Positions 9,604-17,442 of a DNA stretch of 64,000 bases are shown one piece after another (position 1 is the first letter of the stretch; every line of letters begins with the position of its first letter). This DNA comes from Clostridiales bacterium UBA4644 (GTDB lineage Bacteria; Bacillota; Clostridia; Oscillospirales; Butyricicoccaceae): NCBI GenBank assembly GCA_002405755.1, contig DHMK01000040.1, forward strand, positions 798 through 64,797, given 5' to 3'. The translations under genes were made by a program, and so were the position numbers. The notes beneath the pieces are model-generated. The model did no database searches. It was given only the letters and a program-made list of their open reading frames with translations, and was not told the DNA's origin.

Positions 9604-11520
9604 ATGAAGGATGGATTTATCAAGGTTGCGTCCGTGGCGCCGGAGCTGCGTCTGGCGGACTGCGGGTATAACGCGGAAAGGATCCTGGAGGCCGCGCGGC
9701 AGGCGGCGGCGCAGGGCGCAAAGCTGCTGATCACGCCGGAGCTTTCCATCACCGGCTATACCTGCGCGGATCTGTTTTTCCAGAAGACCCTGCTGGACTC
9801 TGCGGAGCAGGCGCTGGCATATCTGCGCCGGGAGACGGCGGGGCTGGAGCTGCTGCTGGCGGTGGGAATGCCGGTGCGGCATTTGGGCAAGCTGTTCAAC
9901 TGCGGCGTGATGCTGTATCAGGGGGAAATCCTGGGCGTCGTGCCCAAGGTGAACCTGTGCAACTATGAGGAGTTTTACGAGAGCCGCATCTTCCAGCCTG
10001 CGCCGAAGGGGATCAGCTATCTCTGCCTGGGCGGGGAGGAATATGCGCCCTTCGGGCCGGGCCAGCGCTTTGCCTGCCGGGAAAATCCGGATTTCACCGT
10101 GGGGCTGGAGATCTGCGAGGACCTCTGGGTCCCCGTTTCCCCGGCGGCGGAGATGTGCCGGCAGGGGGCGACCATCATCGGCAACCTGTGTGCCAGTCAC
10201 GACGGCATCGGCCGGGTGCAGGAGCATCAGATCCTTGCCGTCGCCCAGAGCCAGAAGCTCCGCTGCGGCTATATCCTCTCTGTGGCAGGCCCCCAGGAGA
10301 GCACCGGCGACCAGGTCTTTTCCGGCCAGCAGATCATTTGTGAAAACGGTGAGATCCTGACGGAAAAGAAGCCCTTCGAGACGGGCCTTGCCATAACGGA
10401 GATCGACGTGCAGCGTCTGGCCGCCCAGCGGCGCAAGACCACGACCTATCCCGCGCAGAGCGGCGAGCCCCGGCCGGACTGCGTGCCCTTTTCCATAACG
10501 CAGACGGAGACGAAGCTCACCCGGAAGATCGCAAGGGATCCCTACCTGCCGGAGGACCCGGCGGCGCAGGCGGAGGAATGCCGGCATATCTTCCTGATGC
10601 AGAGCCATGCCCTGGCCCACCGGCTGGAGCATATCCATGCAAGAGCCGCGGTGGTTGGCGTCTCCGGCGGACTGGATTCCACCCTGACCCTTCTGGTCTG
10701 CCACAAGGCCATGGAGCTGCTGGGCCAGAGCCCGGCGCAGGTGGCCGCCGTCACCATGCCCTGCTTCGGCACCACCAGCCGCACCCGCAGCAATGCGGAG
10801 CTTTTGTGCCGGGAGCTGGGCATCCCCATGCGCTGCATCCCCATCGGCAACGCGGTGGAGCGGCATTTTGCCGACATCGGCCATGACCCCGCCGATCATA
10901 ATGTGACCTTTGAAAACGCCCAGGCCCGGGAGCGCACCCAGGTGCTCATGGATCTTTCCAACGAGCTGGGCGGGATCGTGGTCGGGACCGGCGACTTCAG
11001 CGAGCTGGCTCTGGGCTGGGCCACCTACAACGGCGATCATATGAGCATGTACGGCGTCAACGCCGGCATCCCCAAGACCCAGATCCGACAGGTGGTGCGC
11101 TGGTATGCGGAGGCCTGCGGCAATGCGGCGCTGGGCGCCATTTTGAAGGATATTCTGGACACCCCCGTCTCCCCGGAGCTACTGCCGGCAGACGGCGAAA
11201 AGATCGTCCAGAAGACCGAGGATCTGGTCGGCCCCTACGAGCTGCACGATTTCTTCCTTTATTATCTGCTGCGCTACGGCTTCACGCCCGAAAAGATCTT
11301 CCGCATGGCCTGCTATGCCTTCCGGGGCGAGTATGACGAAAAAACCGTCGCCCACTGGCTGAAGCGCTGCTGCCAGCGATTCTTTACCCAACAGTATAAG
11401 CGCTCCTGTATGCCGGACGGTCCCATGATCGGCCCGCTGAGCCTTTCGCCCAGAAGCGCCTGGCGGATGCCCTCCGATTGCTGGCGTACCGCCTGGGATC
11501 AGGCGCTGGAAGCGCTGTAA
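9604..11520 (+). CDS. nadE: glutamine-dependent NAD+ synthetase
   Basis: 638-aa ORF with an N-terminal nitrilase/CN-hydrolase domain and a C-terminal synthetase domain carrying the SGGxDS PP-loop (GVSGGLDS). An AAGGAG SD is present. Confidence 0.92.
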   Translation: MKDGFIKVASVAPELRLADCGYNAERILEAARQAAAQGAKLLITPELSITGYTCADLFFQKTLLDSAEQALAYLRRETAGLELLLAVGMPVRHLGKLFNCGVMLYQGEILGVVPKVNLCNYEEFYESRIFQPAPKGISYLCLGGEEYAPFGPGQRFACRENPDFTVGLEICEDLWVPVSPAAEMCRQGATIIGNLCASHDGIGRVQEHQILAVAQSQKLRCGYILSVAGPQESTGDQVFSGQQIICENGEILTEKKPFETGLAITEIDVQRLAAQRRKTTTYPAQSGEPRPDCVPFSITQTETKLTRKIARDPYLPEDPAAQAEECRHIFLMQSHALAHRLEHIHARAAVVGVSGGLDSTLTLLVCHKAMELLGQSPAQVAAVTMPCFGTTSRTRSNAELLCRELGIPMRCIPIGNAVERHFADIGHDPADHNVTFENAQARERTQVLMDLSNELGGIVVGTGDFSELALGWATYNGDHMSMYGVNAGIPKTQIRQVVRWYAEACGNAALGAILKDILDTPVSPELLPADGEKIVQKTEDLVGPYELHDFFLYYLLRYGFTPEKIFRMACYAFRGEYDEKTVAHWLKRCCQRFFTQQYKRSCMPDGPMIGPLSLSPRSAWRMPSDCWRTAWDQALEAL

Positions 11521-11543
11521 AGCGAAATGCAAGACAGGAAAAT

Positions 11544-11580
11544 GCCCGCGTTCCGAACAGGAACGCGGGCTTGCTTTTGC
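11544..11580. terminator. terminator between the convergent nadE and ppa genes
   Basis: GCCCGCGTTCC-GAACA-GGAACGCGGGC followed by TTGCTTTTGCTGTTTTTT. Confidence 0.8.
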
Positions 11581-11586
11581 TGTTTT

Positions 11587-12126
11587 TTATTCGTGCTGGC
11601 CGCAGAAATGGATCCGGTAGTTATGCAGAGCGGCGGAAATGATCTGGATGGCCGCTTCCCGGCCGTTCACATCGCCGGCCATGGCCTCCTTGCCCTCCAG
11701 CGCCTTATAAACGGAGAAGAAATGGGCCATCTCGTCAAAAATATGCCCCGGCAGATCCATGATGTCGTGATACATATTATACATGGGGTCGGAGAAGGGA
11801 ATGGCGATGATCTTTTCATCGTTTTTGCCGCCGTCGGTCATGGAGATATAGCCGATGGGGTAGCAGCGCGCCAGCGTCAGCGGCTCCAGAGCCTCTGAGC
11901 ACAGCACCAAAACATCCAGCGGATCGTTGTCATCGCCGTAGGTGCGGGGGATAAAGCCGTAGTTTGCGGGGTAATGGGTTGAGGTATAAAGGATCCGGTC
12001 CAGAATGATAAAGCCGGTTTCCTTGTCCAGCTCATATTTCTTCTTGCTGCCCTTGGGGATCTCGATAACGGCCAGAAAGTCGTCGGGATGGATCCGCTCC
12101 GGGTTTACATCGTGCCAAATATTCAT
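11587..12126 (-). CDS. ppa: inorganic pyrophosphatase (family I)
   Basis: 179-aa ORF with IPxGSxxKYE and YPxNYGFIP..GDDxDPLDVLV motifs. Confidence 0.92.
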   Translation of the reverse strand: MNIWHDVNPERIHPDDFLAVIEIPKGSKKKYELDKETGFIILDRILYTSTHYPANYGFIPRTYGDDNDPLDVLVLCSEALEPLTLARCYPIGYISMTDGGKNDEKIIAIPFSDPMYNMYHDIMDLPGHIFDEMAHFFSVYKALEGKEAMAGDVNGREAAIQIISAALHNYRIHFCGQHE

Positions 12127-12309
12127 GGGAATGCTCGCGCTCCTTCTGCGGGTTTTTTACTGCGTCAGTATAGCACGCTCCGGCAAAAAACGCAACCCAA
12201 GATCCCATTGCCGCGTCTGCGGGATATCGCAGGCCGGCGAAAAAATCTGCCGCTTCCGGTTCTGGATCGGACAGGCCGGACATACCTTTGGAGCAAGGGA
12301 GATGAGAAT

Positions 12310-13209
12310 ATGCAGCAAACCATGGATCTGATGAAAAGCTTTCACACGGCGGCGGCGCTGCTGCCGGAACGGCTCTGGCGGGCGGCTTACAGTCTGTCGG
12401 AGGAGCAGCGGGCGCAGTGCGAGGAGCTTCGGGTGCGGCTGGAGCGCCCGCTGGCGGCGACGGTCGCGGGGAAAACAGTGCGCCTGGGGAAGGAGCCGGT
12501 GCTCCCCGTAAAGGCGGAGCTGGACGAGCTTCTGGCCCGCGCCACGGAAAGCTCGGTGCATACTTATCTGGAGCAGCTGCGCCAGGGCTTTCTGACCACC
12601 AAATACGGCCACCGGATCGGCCTTTGCGCCCAGGCGCCGGAGGGGAGAGGCCGGGCGCTCCGGGGCCTTTCCTCGGTGAATATCCGCGTGGCGCGGCAGC
12701 TGGAGGATGCGGGCTATGAGCTGCCCATCGCCGGCCCCGGCGGCTTTCAGAGCACGCTGATCCTGGCCCCGCCGGGCGCGGGCAAGACGACGCTGCTGCG
12801 GGAGCTGTGCCGCCGGCTCTCAGAGCGCTTCCGGGTGGCCGTGGCAGACGAGCGCTATGAGATCGCCGCCTGCTCCGGCGGCGCGCCCCGGTTCCGGATC
12901 GGGCAGTGCGACGTTATGTCCGGCGGCAAAAAGCGGGAGACCATCCCAATGCTGCTGCGCGCCATGTCGCCCCAGATCCTGGCGGTGGACGAGATCACCG
13001 AGGAGGAGGACTGCAAAAGCCTGCTTTCCTGTCTGGGCTGCGGCTGCCAGCTGCTGGCAACGGCCCACGGCAGCACGCTGGCGGACCTGACCCGGCGGCC
13101 CGCCTATCAGAGCCTGCTGGCGGCTGGCGCATTCCGCCAGGTGATCCTGATCCAGACGCAGGAGGGCCGCCGGAGCTATACGCTGCAGCCCATGCCGCAG
13201 GTGCTGTGA
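12310..13209 (+). CDS. spoIIIAA: stage III sporulation protein AA (AAA+ ATPase)
   Basis: I prefer the start MQQTMDL at 12310, which has an AAGGGAG SD. The longer ORF-track start at 12088 would overlap ppa. Walker A is PPGAGKTT, and this is the first gene of a spoIIIA-ordered operon. Confidence 0.85.
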   Translation: MQQTMDLMKSFHTAAALLPERLWRAAYSLSEEQRAQCEELRVRLERPLAATVAGKTVRLGKEPVLPVKAELDELLARATESSVHTYLEQLRQGFLTTKYGHRIGLCAQAPEGRGRALRGLSSVNIRVARQLEDAGYELPIAGPGGFQSTLILAPPGAGKTTLLRELCRRLSERFRVAVADERYEIAACSGGAPRFRIGQCDVMSGGKKRETIPMLLRAMSPQILAVDEITEEEDCKSLLSCLGCGCQLLATAHGSTLADLTRRPAYQSLLAAGAFRQVILIQTQEGRRSYTLQPMPQVL

Positions 13210-13712
13210 TCCGGCTGCTGGGGGCGGCGCTGCTGCTTTTTGGGGCGCTGCTGGCCGGGCAGGCGCTCACAGGTCTGCTGCGGCGGAAGCGGGCGGTGCT
13301 GCGGGAGCTGCGGGGCTTCGTAGAGATGCTGCAGGCGGAGCTGCTCCAGCGGGGAACGCCCCTTCCGGAGCTTTTTGCCCGGCAGGCAGACCGGCGGGGC
13401 CTTCTGTGGGAGCCGGTTCGGGATTGCGGACGGACGTTGGCCCGGGGCATTCCGGCAGACCGGGCCATGGAGCCTTTGCTGAAAGTGCTGGAGACCGGGG
13501 AGGCCCTACCGGAGGCCGCCGCCGCCCTGGGCGAGCTTTCCCGGGCGCTGGGAAAATATGACGCCGGGACGCAGGCCGAGCGCTGTAAACAGGTCTGCGC
13601 CCGGCTGGAGGAACAGGAAAAACGGCTTTGGACCACCCTGACGGAAAAGGGCAGACTTTACCGGGCGCTGAGCTTTTCCGCCGGAGCGGTGCTGGCGCTG
13701 ATGCTATGGTAA
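13206..13712 (+). CDS. spoIIIAB: stage III sporulation protein AB
   Basis: An in-frame GTG at 13206 overlaps the spoIIIAA stop (GTGA). The product is VIRLLGAALLLFG.. with an N-terminal TM segment, and its size and position match SpoIIIAB. Confidence 0.75.
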   Translation: MIRLLGAALLLFGALLAGQALTGLLRRKRAVLRELRGFVEMLQAELLQRGTPLPELFARQADRRGLLWEPVRDCGRTLARGIPADRAMEPLLKVLETGEALPEAAAALGELSRALGKYDAGTQAERCKQVCARLEEQEKRLWTTLTEKGRLYRALSFSAGAVLALMLW

Positions 13713-13724
13713 CGAGGGGAAAAC

Positions 13725-13919
13725 ATGGATGTTGATCTGATTTTTAAGGTTGCGGCCATCGGGATCCTGGTGGCGGTGCTCAATCAGCTGCTGGTGCGCT
13801 CAGGCCGGGAGGAGCAGGCCATGATGACGACGCTGGCCGGGCTTATCGTGGTGATGATGATCCTCATCGGCGAGATCAGCGATATGTTCCGGCTGATCAA
13901 GCAGACCTTTGGGCTATGA
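13725..13919 (+). CDS. spoIIIAC: stage III sporulation protein AC
   Basis: 64-aa two-TM protein, MDVDLIFKVAAIGILVAVLNQLLVRSGREEQA.., a characteristic SpoIIIAC sequence. Confidence 0.88.
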   Translation: MDVDLIFKVAAIGILVAVLNQLLVRSGREEQAMMTTLAGLIVVMMILIGEISDMFRLIKQTFGL

Positions 13920-14311
13920 CGGTCCTATGGCTTGGAAGGCTGCTTTTGGCGGCGCTGATCGCCGTTTGTCTGCTGCAGCTGCTGCGGGGAAAGGCCGGCG
14001 CGCTGACGCCCCTCTGCAGCCTGGCGGTGTGCGCCGTGATGGTGGGCGTGATGCTGGCCCCGCTGTCTGCCCTGTGGCAGAGGTGGCAGGCACTTCTAAC
14101 CCGATCCGGCGTGGAGATCAGCCTGTTTCTGCCGCTTGTAAAGGTCCTTGGCATTACGGCGCTGACAAGGCTTTCCGCAGAACTCTGTCGGGATGCGGGA
14201 GAAAAGGCCATTGCCGCCGGCGTGGAGCTGGGGGGCGCGGCTGCGGCGCTGGTCTGCGCGTTTCCTCTGGCAGAAAAGGCGCTTTCGCTCATCGGAACGC
14301 TGGGCGCCTGA
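13916..14311 (+). CDS. spoIIIAD: stage III sporulation protein AD
   Basis: 131-aa polytopic membrane protein with an ATGA overlap with spoIIIAC and a conserved operon position. Confidence 0.82.
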   Translation: MTVLWLGRLLLAALIAVCLLQLLRGKAGALTPLCSLAVCAVMVGVMLAPLSALWQRWQALLTRSGVEISLFLPLVKVLGITALTRLSAELCRDAGEKAIAAGVELGGAAAALVCAFPLAEKALSLIGTLGA

Positions 14312-15381
14312 GAGCGGCGCTGCTGCTGCTTCTGTTTCTGGCGGCTCTGGCCGTTCCAGCCAGAGCGGCGGAGGACGGCAGCTCTCTGCGTCAGGCGCTG
14401 CCGCAGGAGGCCCGGGAGCTGCTGGAGGATACGCCGATCACCGGCGCAGACCCGCGAAAAACGGCCGGATCTCTTTGGAGCAAGGCGCTGCAGCTGCTGC
14501 GGGAGGGGCTGCGGCAGGCGGTACGCCCGGCGTTTCTGATGGCGGCGGTCTGTCTGCTGCTGTCGCTGCTGGAGAGCTTTTCCAAGACCTCCGGCCTCAC
14601 GCTGCCAAGCCGCCTGCCCCAGCTGGCGGGAGCCACGGCGATCCTGCTGCTGGCCTTTGGAGAGCAGCGCTCCATGGCAGCCCAGTGCCGGACGGTGATC
14701 GAACAGCTGGACAGCTTTACAAAGCTTCTGATCACAGTGTTTACAGGCGTTTCTGTGGCGGCGGGCAAGCCGGCCTCCGCCGCAGCCTCCGCCGGAGCGG
14801 CCATGCTGTTCTCCGATGGTCTGTTCTGGCTCGCGCAAAAGCTTTTTCTGCCCATGACCACGATCTTCCTCCTGCTGACCTATGGGGGCAGCATCGCGGA
14901 AAACGGGCTGCTGCAGAAGGCGGCGGGGCTGGTGCGCTGGGGGCTGCAAAAGCTGATCCGGATCTTTCTGGCGGCTTATTTCGCCTATCTGTCGCTGACG
15001 GGTCTGGTGACCGGCGCGGCAGATTCTGCCGCCGTGCGCACGGCGCAGACGCTGACCGGCGCGGTACCGCTGGTGGGCAATGTGATCGCCGGCGCTTCGG
15101 AGACCATTCTGGCGGGGGCTGCCGCCCTGCGGGCGGGCGTTGGATTTTTTGGCTTTGTGGGGGCGCTGGCCCTCTGCCTGACGCCGTTTCTGCAGGCGCT
15201 CTGCCACCTGCTGGTGTTTCGGCTGCTGGCGCTGCTGGCAGGAGCTTATGCGGAAGGGGGCGTGAAGACCATGCTGGAGGCAGTCTCCGGCGCTTACGGG
15301 ATGCTTTTGGGCATTTTGGGCGCCTGCTGCGCGCTGCAGTTCATTACCATCGTGGTGAGCCTGACGGTGATCCGCACATGA
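14308..15381 (+). CDS. spoIIIAE: stage III sporulation protein AE (start codon uncertain, probably non-canonical)
   Basis: The reading frame is that of track ORF 13909..15381. The plausible protein begins LRAALLLLLFLAALAVPARAAEDG (a signal peptide) and is followed by a polytopic membrane domain. No ATG, GTG or TTG lies near that point; a CTG at 14308 overlaps the spoIIIAD stop as CTGA. Confidence 0.7.
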   Translation: MRAALLLLLFLAALAVPARAAEDGSSLRQALPQEARELLEDTPITGADPRKTAGSLWSKALQLLREGLRQAVRPAFLMAAVCLLLSLLESFSKTSGLTLPSRLPQLAGATAILLLAFGEQRSMAAQCRTVIEQLDSFTKLLITVFTGVSVAAGKPASAAASAGAAMLFSDGLFWLAQKLFLPMTTIFLLLTYGGSIAENGLLQKAAGLVRWGLQKLIRIFLAAYFAYLSLTGLVTGAADSAAVRTAQTLTGAVPLVGNVIAGASETILAGAAALRAGVGFFGFVGALALCLTPFLQALCHLLVFRLLALLAGAYAEGGVKTMLEAVSGAYGMLLGILGACCALQFITIVVSLTVIRT

Positions 15382-15860
15382 AAACGCTGGTCCATGTCCT
15401 GCTGCGGCTGACGGCGGCGGGCGTCCTCTGCGGCGCGCTGCTTTCTCTGGGCGGCAGCGGAGCCAAAAAAGAGATCCTGCGCTTTTGCTGCGCCTGTGTG
15501 ATGCTGATCCTGGTCTTGACCGCGCTGCAGGGACAGACGCTCCCGGAGCTGCCCTTTTCCGCCTATGAGGCGGAGCTGGACCAGACGGTGGAGCAGGCCC
15601 GGCAGGAGACGCTGACGGAGCTTCTGCACCAGACGCAGCAGGGGCTGGCCCAGGAGGTGGTCCGCATGGCGGCGGCCCGGGGCATTGCCTGCGAGGCCCA
15701 TGTGACCTGCGCCCTGCAGGATGGCCAGGTAACGGTGACGCAGGTGGAGCTGCTGCTGCCGGAGCTTGCACCGGCGGGCCTGCAGCAGCTGATGGAGGAG
15801 CTGCCGCTGCAGCTGGGCATAACGAGGGAGCAGATCGTGATCCGGGAGGAAAAAGGATGA
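15378..15860 (+). CDS. spoIIIAF: stage III sporulation protein AF
   Basis: The ATG at 15378 overlaps the spoIIIAE stop (ATGA). The product is MKTLVHVLLRLTAAGVLCGALL.., with two N-terminal TM segments and a soluble domain; assignment is positional. Confidence 0.75.
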   Translation: MKTLVHVLLRLTAAGVLCGALLSLGGSGAKKEILRFCCACVMLILVLTALQGQTLPELPFSAYEAELDQTVEQARQETLTELLHQTQQGLAQEVVRMAAARGIACEAHVTCALQDGQVTVTQVELLLPELAPAGLQQLMEELPLQLGITREQIVIREEKG

Positions 15861-16390
15861 AAGCATTTGAGAAATTGCAGGCCCCGGCATATTGGAAGGC
15901 CCTGTTCCATAAGTATAAATACGTTCTTCTGGTGTGTGCCCTGGGGCTGGCGCTGATGCTCTGGCCCAGCGGGAAAAAGAGCGAGGCGGCTCCTTCGGCT
16001 TTGGCACAGGAGCCTGCGGAGGAGACCGTCGCCCAGCTGGAGGCACGGCTTCAGAGCCTTCTGGAGCAGACGGACGGCGTAGGCCGGGCGCAGGTGCTGC
16101 TGACGGTCAAAAGCGGCAGCGAGAGCATCTATGCCTACGATAAAACCGAATCCCGCAGCGGCGAGGGGGCGGCGGAGACGCTTTCCCGCCAGAGCCAGCT
16201 GGTCACCGTCAGTGCCGGCGGCAGCCAGACGCCGGTGACTCGCCGGCAGGAAAGCCCGGTCTATCTGGGCGCGGCGGTGGTGTGCGATGGGGGCGGGAGC
16301 CCCGCGGTGCAGCTGGCCGTGACGCGGATCGTGCAGTCCCTGACCGGGATCCCCAGCGACCATATCGTGATCTCAAAAATGAAACAATAG
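15857..16390 (+). CDS. spoIIIAG: stage III sporulation protein AG
   Basis: 177-aa ORF with an ATGA overlap with spoIIIAF. It has an N-terminal TM segment and a C-terminal ring-forming-type domain (..VLLTVKSG..VVCDGG..). Confidence 0.78.
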   Translation: MKAFEKLQAPAYWKALFHKYKYVLLVCALGLALMLWPSGKKSEAAPSALAQEPAEETVAQLEARLQSLLEQTDGVGRAQVLLTVKSGSESIYAYDKTESRSGEGAAETLSRQSQLVTVSAGGSQTPVTRRQESPVYLGAAVVCDGGGSPAVQLAVTRIVQSLTGIPSDHIVISKMKQ

Positions 16391-16403
16391 GAGGCAACAT
16401 CCC

Positions 16404-16961
16404 ATGAAAAAACGAGGAGCGATCTATTCTGTGGTGGCGCTGATGCTGTGCGTGGCGGTCTATCTCAACTGGTATTACAGCAAGGGCGATCCGCTGGAGG
16501 AGGGACAGCAGCAGGCCGACGGCAAGGTGCTGGGCGAATCCGTTCTGGTAGACGGCGTCGCCGGGGCAGATCCGCTGGAGCAGGCGGAGCAGACGGCGGG
16601 GCAGGGCAGCGCATATTTTGCCCAGGCCAGGCTCTCCCGCCAGCAGGCCAGAGACGAAGCCGTTGGCATCCTGACGCAGACGGCGGAAAATGAGGGCGCG
16701 GCGGAGGAAGCACGGACCGCCGCCAGCACCAGCATCCAGCTGATGGCGGGCAACGCCATGGTGGAGGCTCGGATCGAGAGTCTGGTCATCGCCAAGGGCT
16801 ATCAGGACTGTGTGGCCTTCGTCAACGACAGCAGCGTCAATGTCATCGTGGCAAAAACCGAGACCGGCCTGCAGGATACCGACGTGGCCCGCATCCGGGA
16901 TATCGTCATCAGCGAGGCCAATGTGGCGGCGGAGGCCATCCGCATCATCGAAGCGGAATAA
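16404..16961 (+). CDS. spoIIIAH: stage III sporulation protein AH
   Basis: 185-aa ORF with an N-terminal TM segment and a C-terminal YscJ/FliF-like region (..YFAQARLSRQQARDE..). It is the last gene of the operon. Confidence 0.8.
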   Translation: MKKRGAIYSVVALMLCVAVYLNWYYSKGDPLEEGQQQADGKVLGESVLVDGVAGADPLEQAEQTAGQGSAYFAQARLSRQQARDEAVGILTQTAENEGAAEEARTAASTSIQLMAGNAMVEARIESLVIAKGYQDCVAFVNDSSVNVIVAKTETGLQDTDVARIRDIVISEANVAAEAIRIIEAE

Positions 16962-16966
16962 AGCTC

Positions 16967-16995
16967 TTGCAAAATCGAAGGATATCCGCTAAAAT
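16967..16995 (+). promoter_or_regulatory. sigma-A-type promoter candidate (TTGCAA-17 nt-TAAAAT) for the Asp23-family gene
   Basis: Hexamers at 16967-16972 and 16990-16995. Confidence 0.45.
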
Positions 16996-17029
16996 AGAGC
17001 CATCCTACCAAAAGAGGAGATGAAGGACA

Positions 17030-17368
17030 ATGGCCGAAGAAAAGGCTTATCTGGATCTGCAGGAGGAGGATGGCCGCATCCTGATCTCCTTTGCCGCCCT
17101 GGGCGAGATCGCCGCAGAAGCTGCGCTGGCCGTCTCCGGTGTGGCCGGGCTGGCCAATATCCCCCAGGCCGCGGTAAAGGGCGTTCGGGTGGAGCTCAGT
17201 GAGATCGGCGTCTGCACCGTTGAGGTGCATATCCTGGTACAGCAGGGGACGGTGTTTTCCCAGACGGCAAAGGCCGTTCAGCGGGCGGTAAAGCTGGCCG
17301 TGGACGCGGCGGCAGGCATCGAGGTGGCCGCAGTCAATGTGTTCGTGGCCGGTCTGGCGCTGAAATGA
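17030..17368 (+). CDS. Asp23/Gls24 family envelope stress protein (YqhY-like)
   Basis: 112-aa ORF containing ..ISFAALGEIAAEAALAVSGVAGL.. It occupies the same position after spoIIIAH as yqhY does in Bacillus. Confidence 0.8.
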   Translation: MAEEKAYLDLQEEDGRILISFAALGEIAAEAALAVSGVAGLANIPQAAVKGVRVELSEIGVCTVEVHILVQQGTVFSQTAKAVQRAVKLAVDAAAGIEVAAVNVFVAGLALK

Positions 17369-17390
17369 TCCAGAAATGATAAAAACATAA

Positions 17391-17428
17391 GGCACCCTGA
17401 CGAAAACGCTCGTCAGGGTGCCGTTTTG
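17391..17428. terminator. bidirectional terminator
   Basis: GGCACCCTGACG-AAAACGCT-CGTCAGGGTGCC followed by GTTTTGC; the opposite strand also has a T-rich tail. Confidence 0.85.
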
Positions 17429-17442
17429 CTATGGAAAAGGGC

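Noticed and set aside
12255-12288. Sigma-E-type promoter for spoIIIA (-10-like CATACCTT at 12281-12288). Similar attempts were made for sigma-F/G at gpr (GGGAAAAT near 52235) and for a sporulation promoter upstream of the Cys-rich gene (GGGAATAGAT near 34350, CATACTTA near 34495).
   Set aside because: Only partial -10 matches were found, without acceptable -35 elements at the correct spacing. Sporulation sigma consensus sequences from Bacillus may not transfer, so there is not enough support to annotate them.
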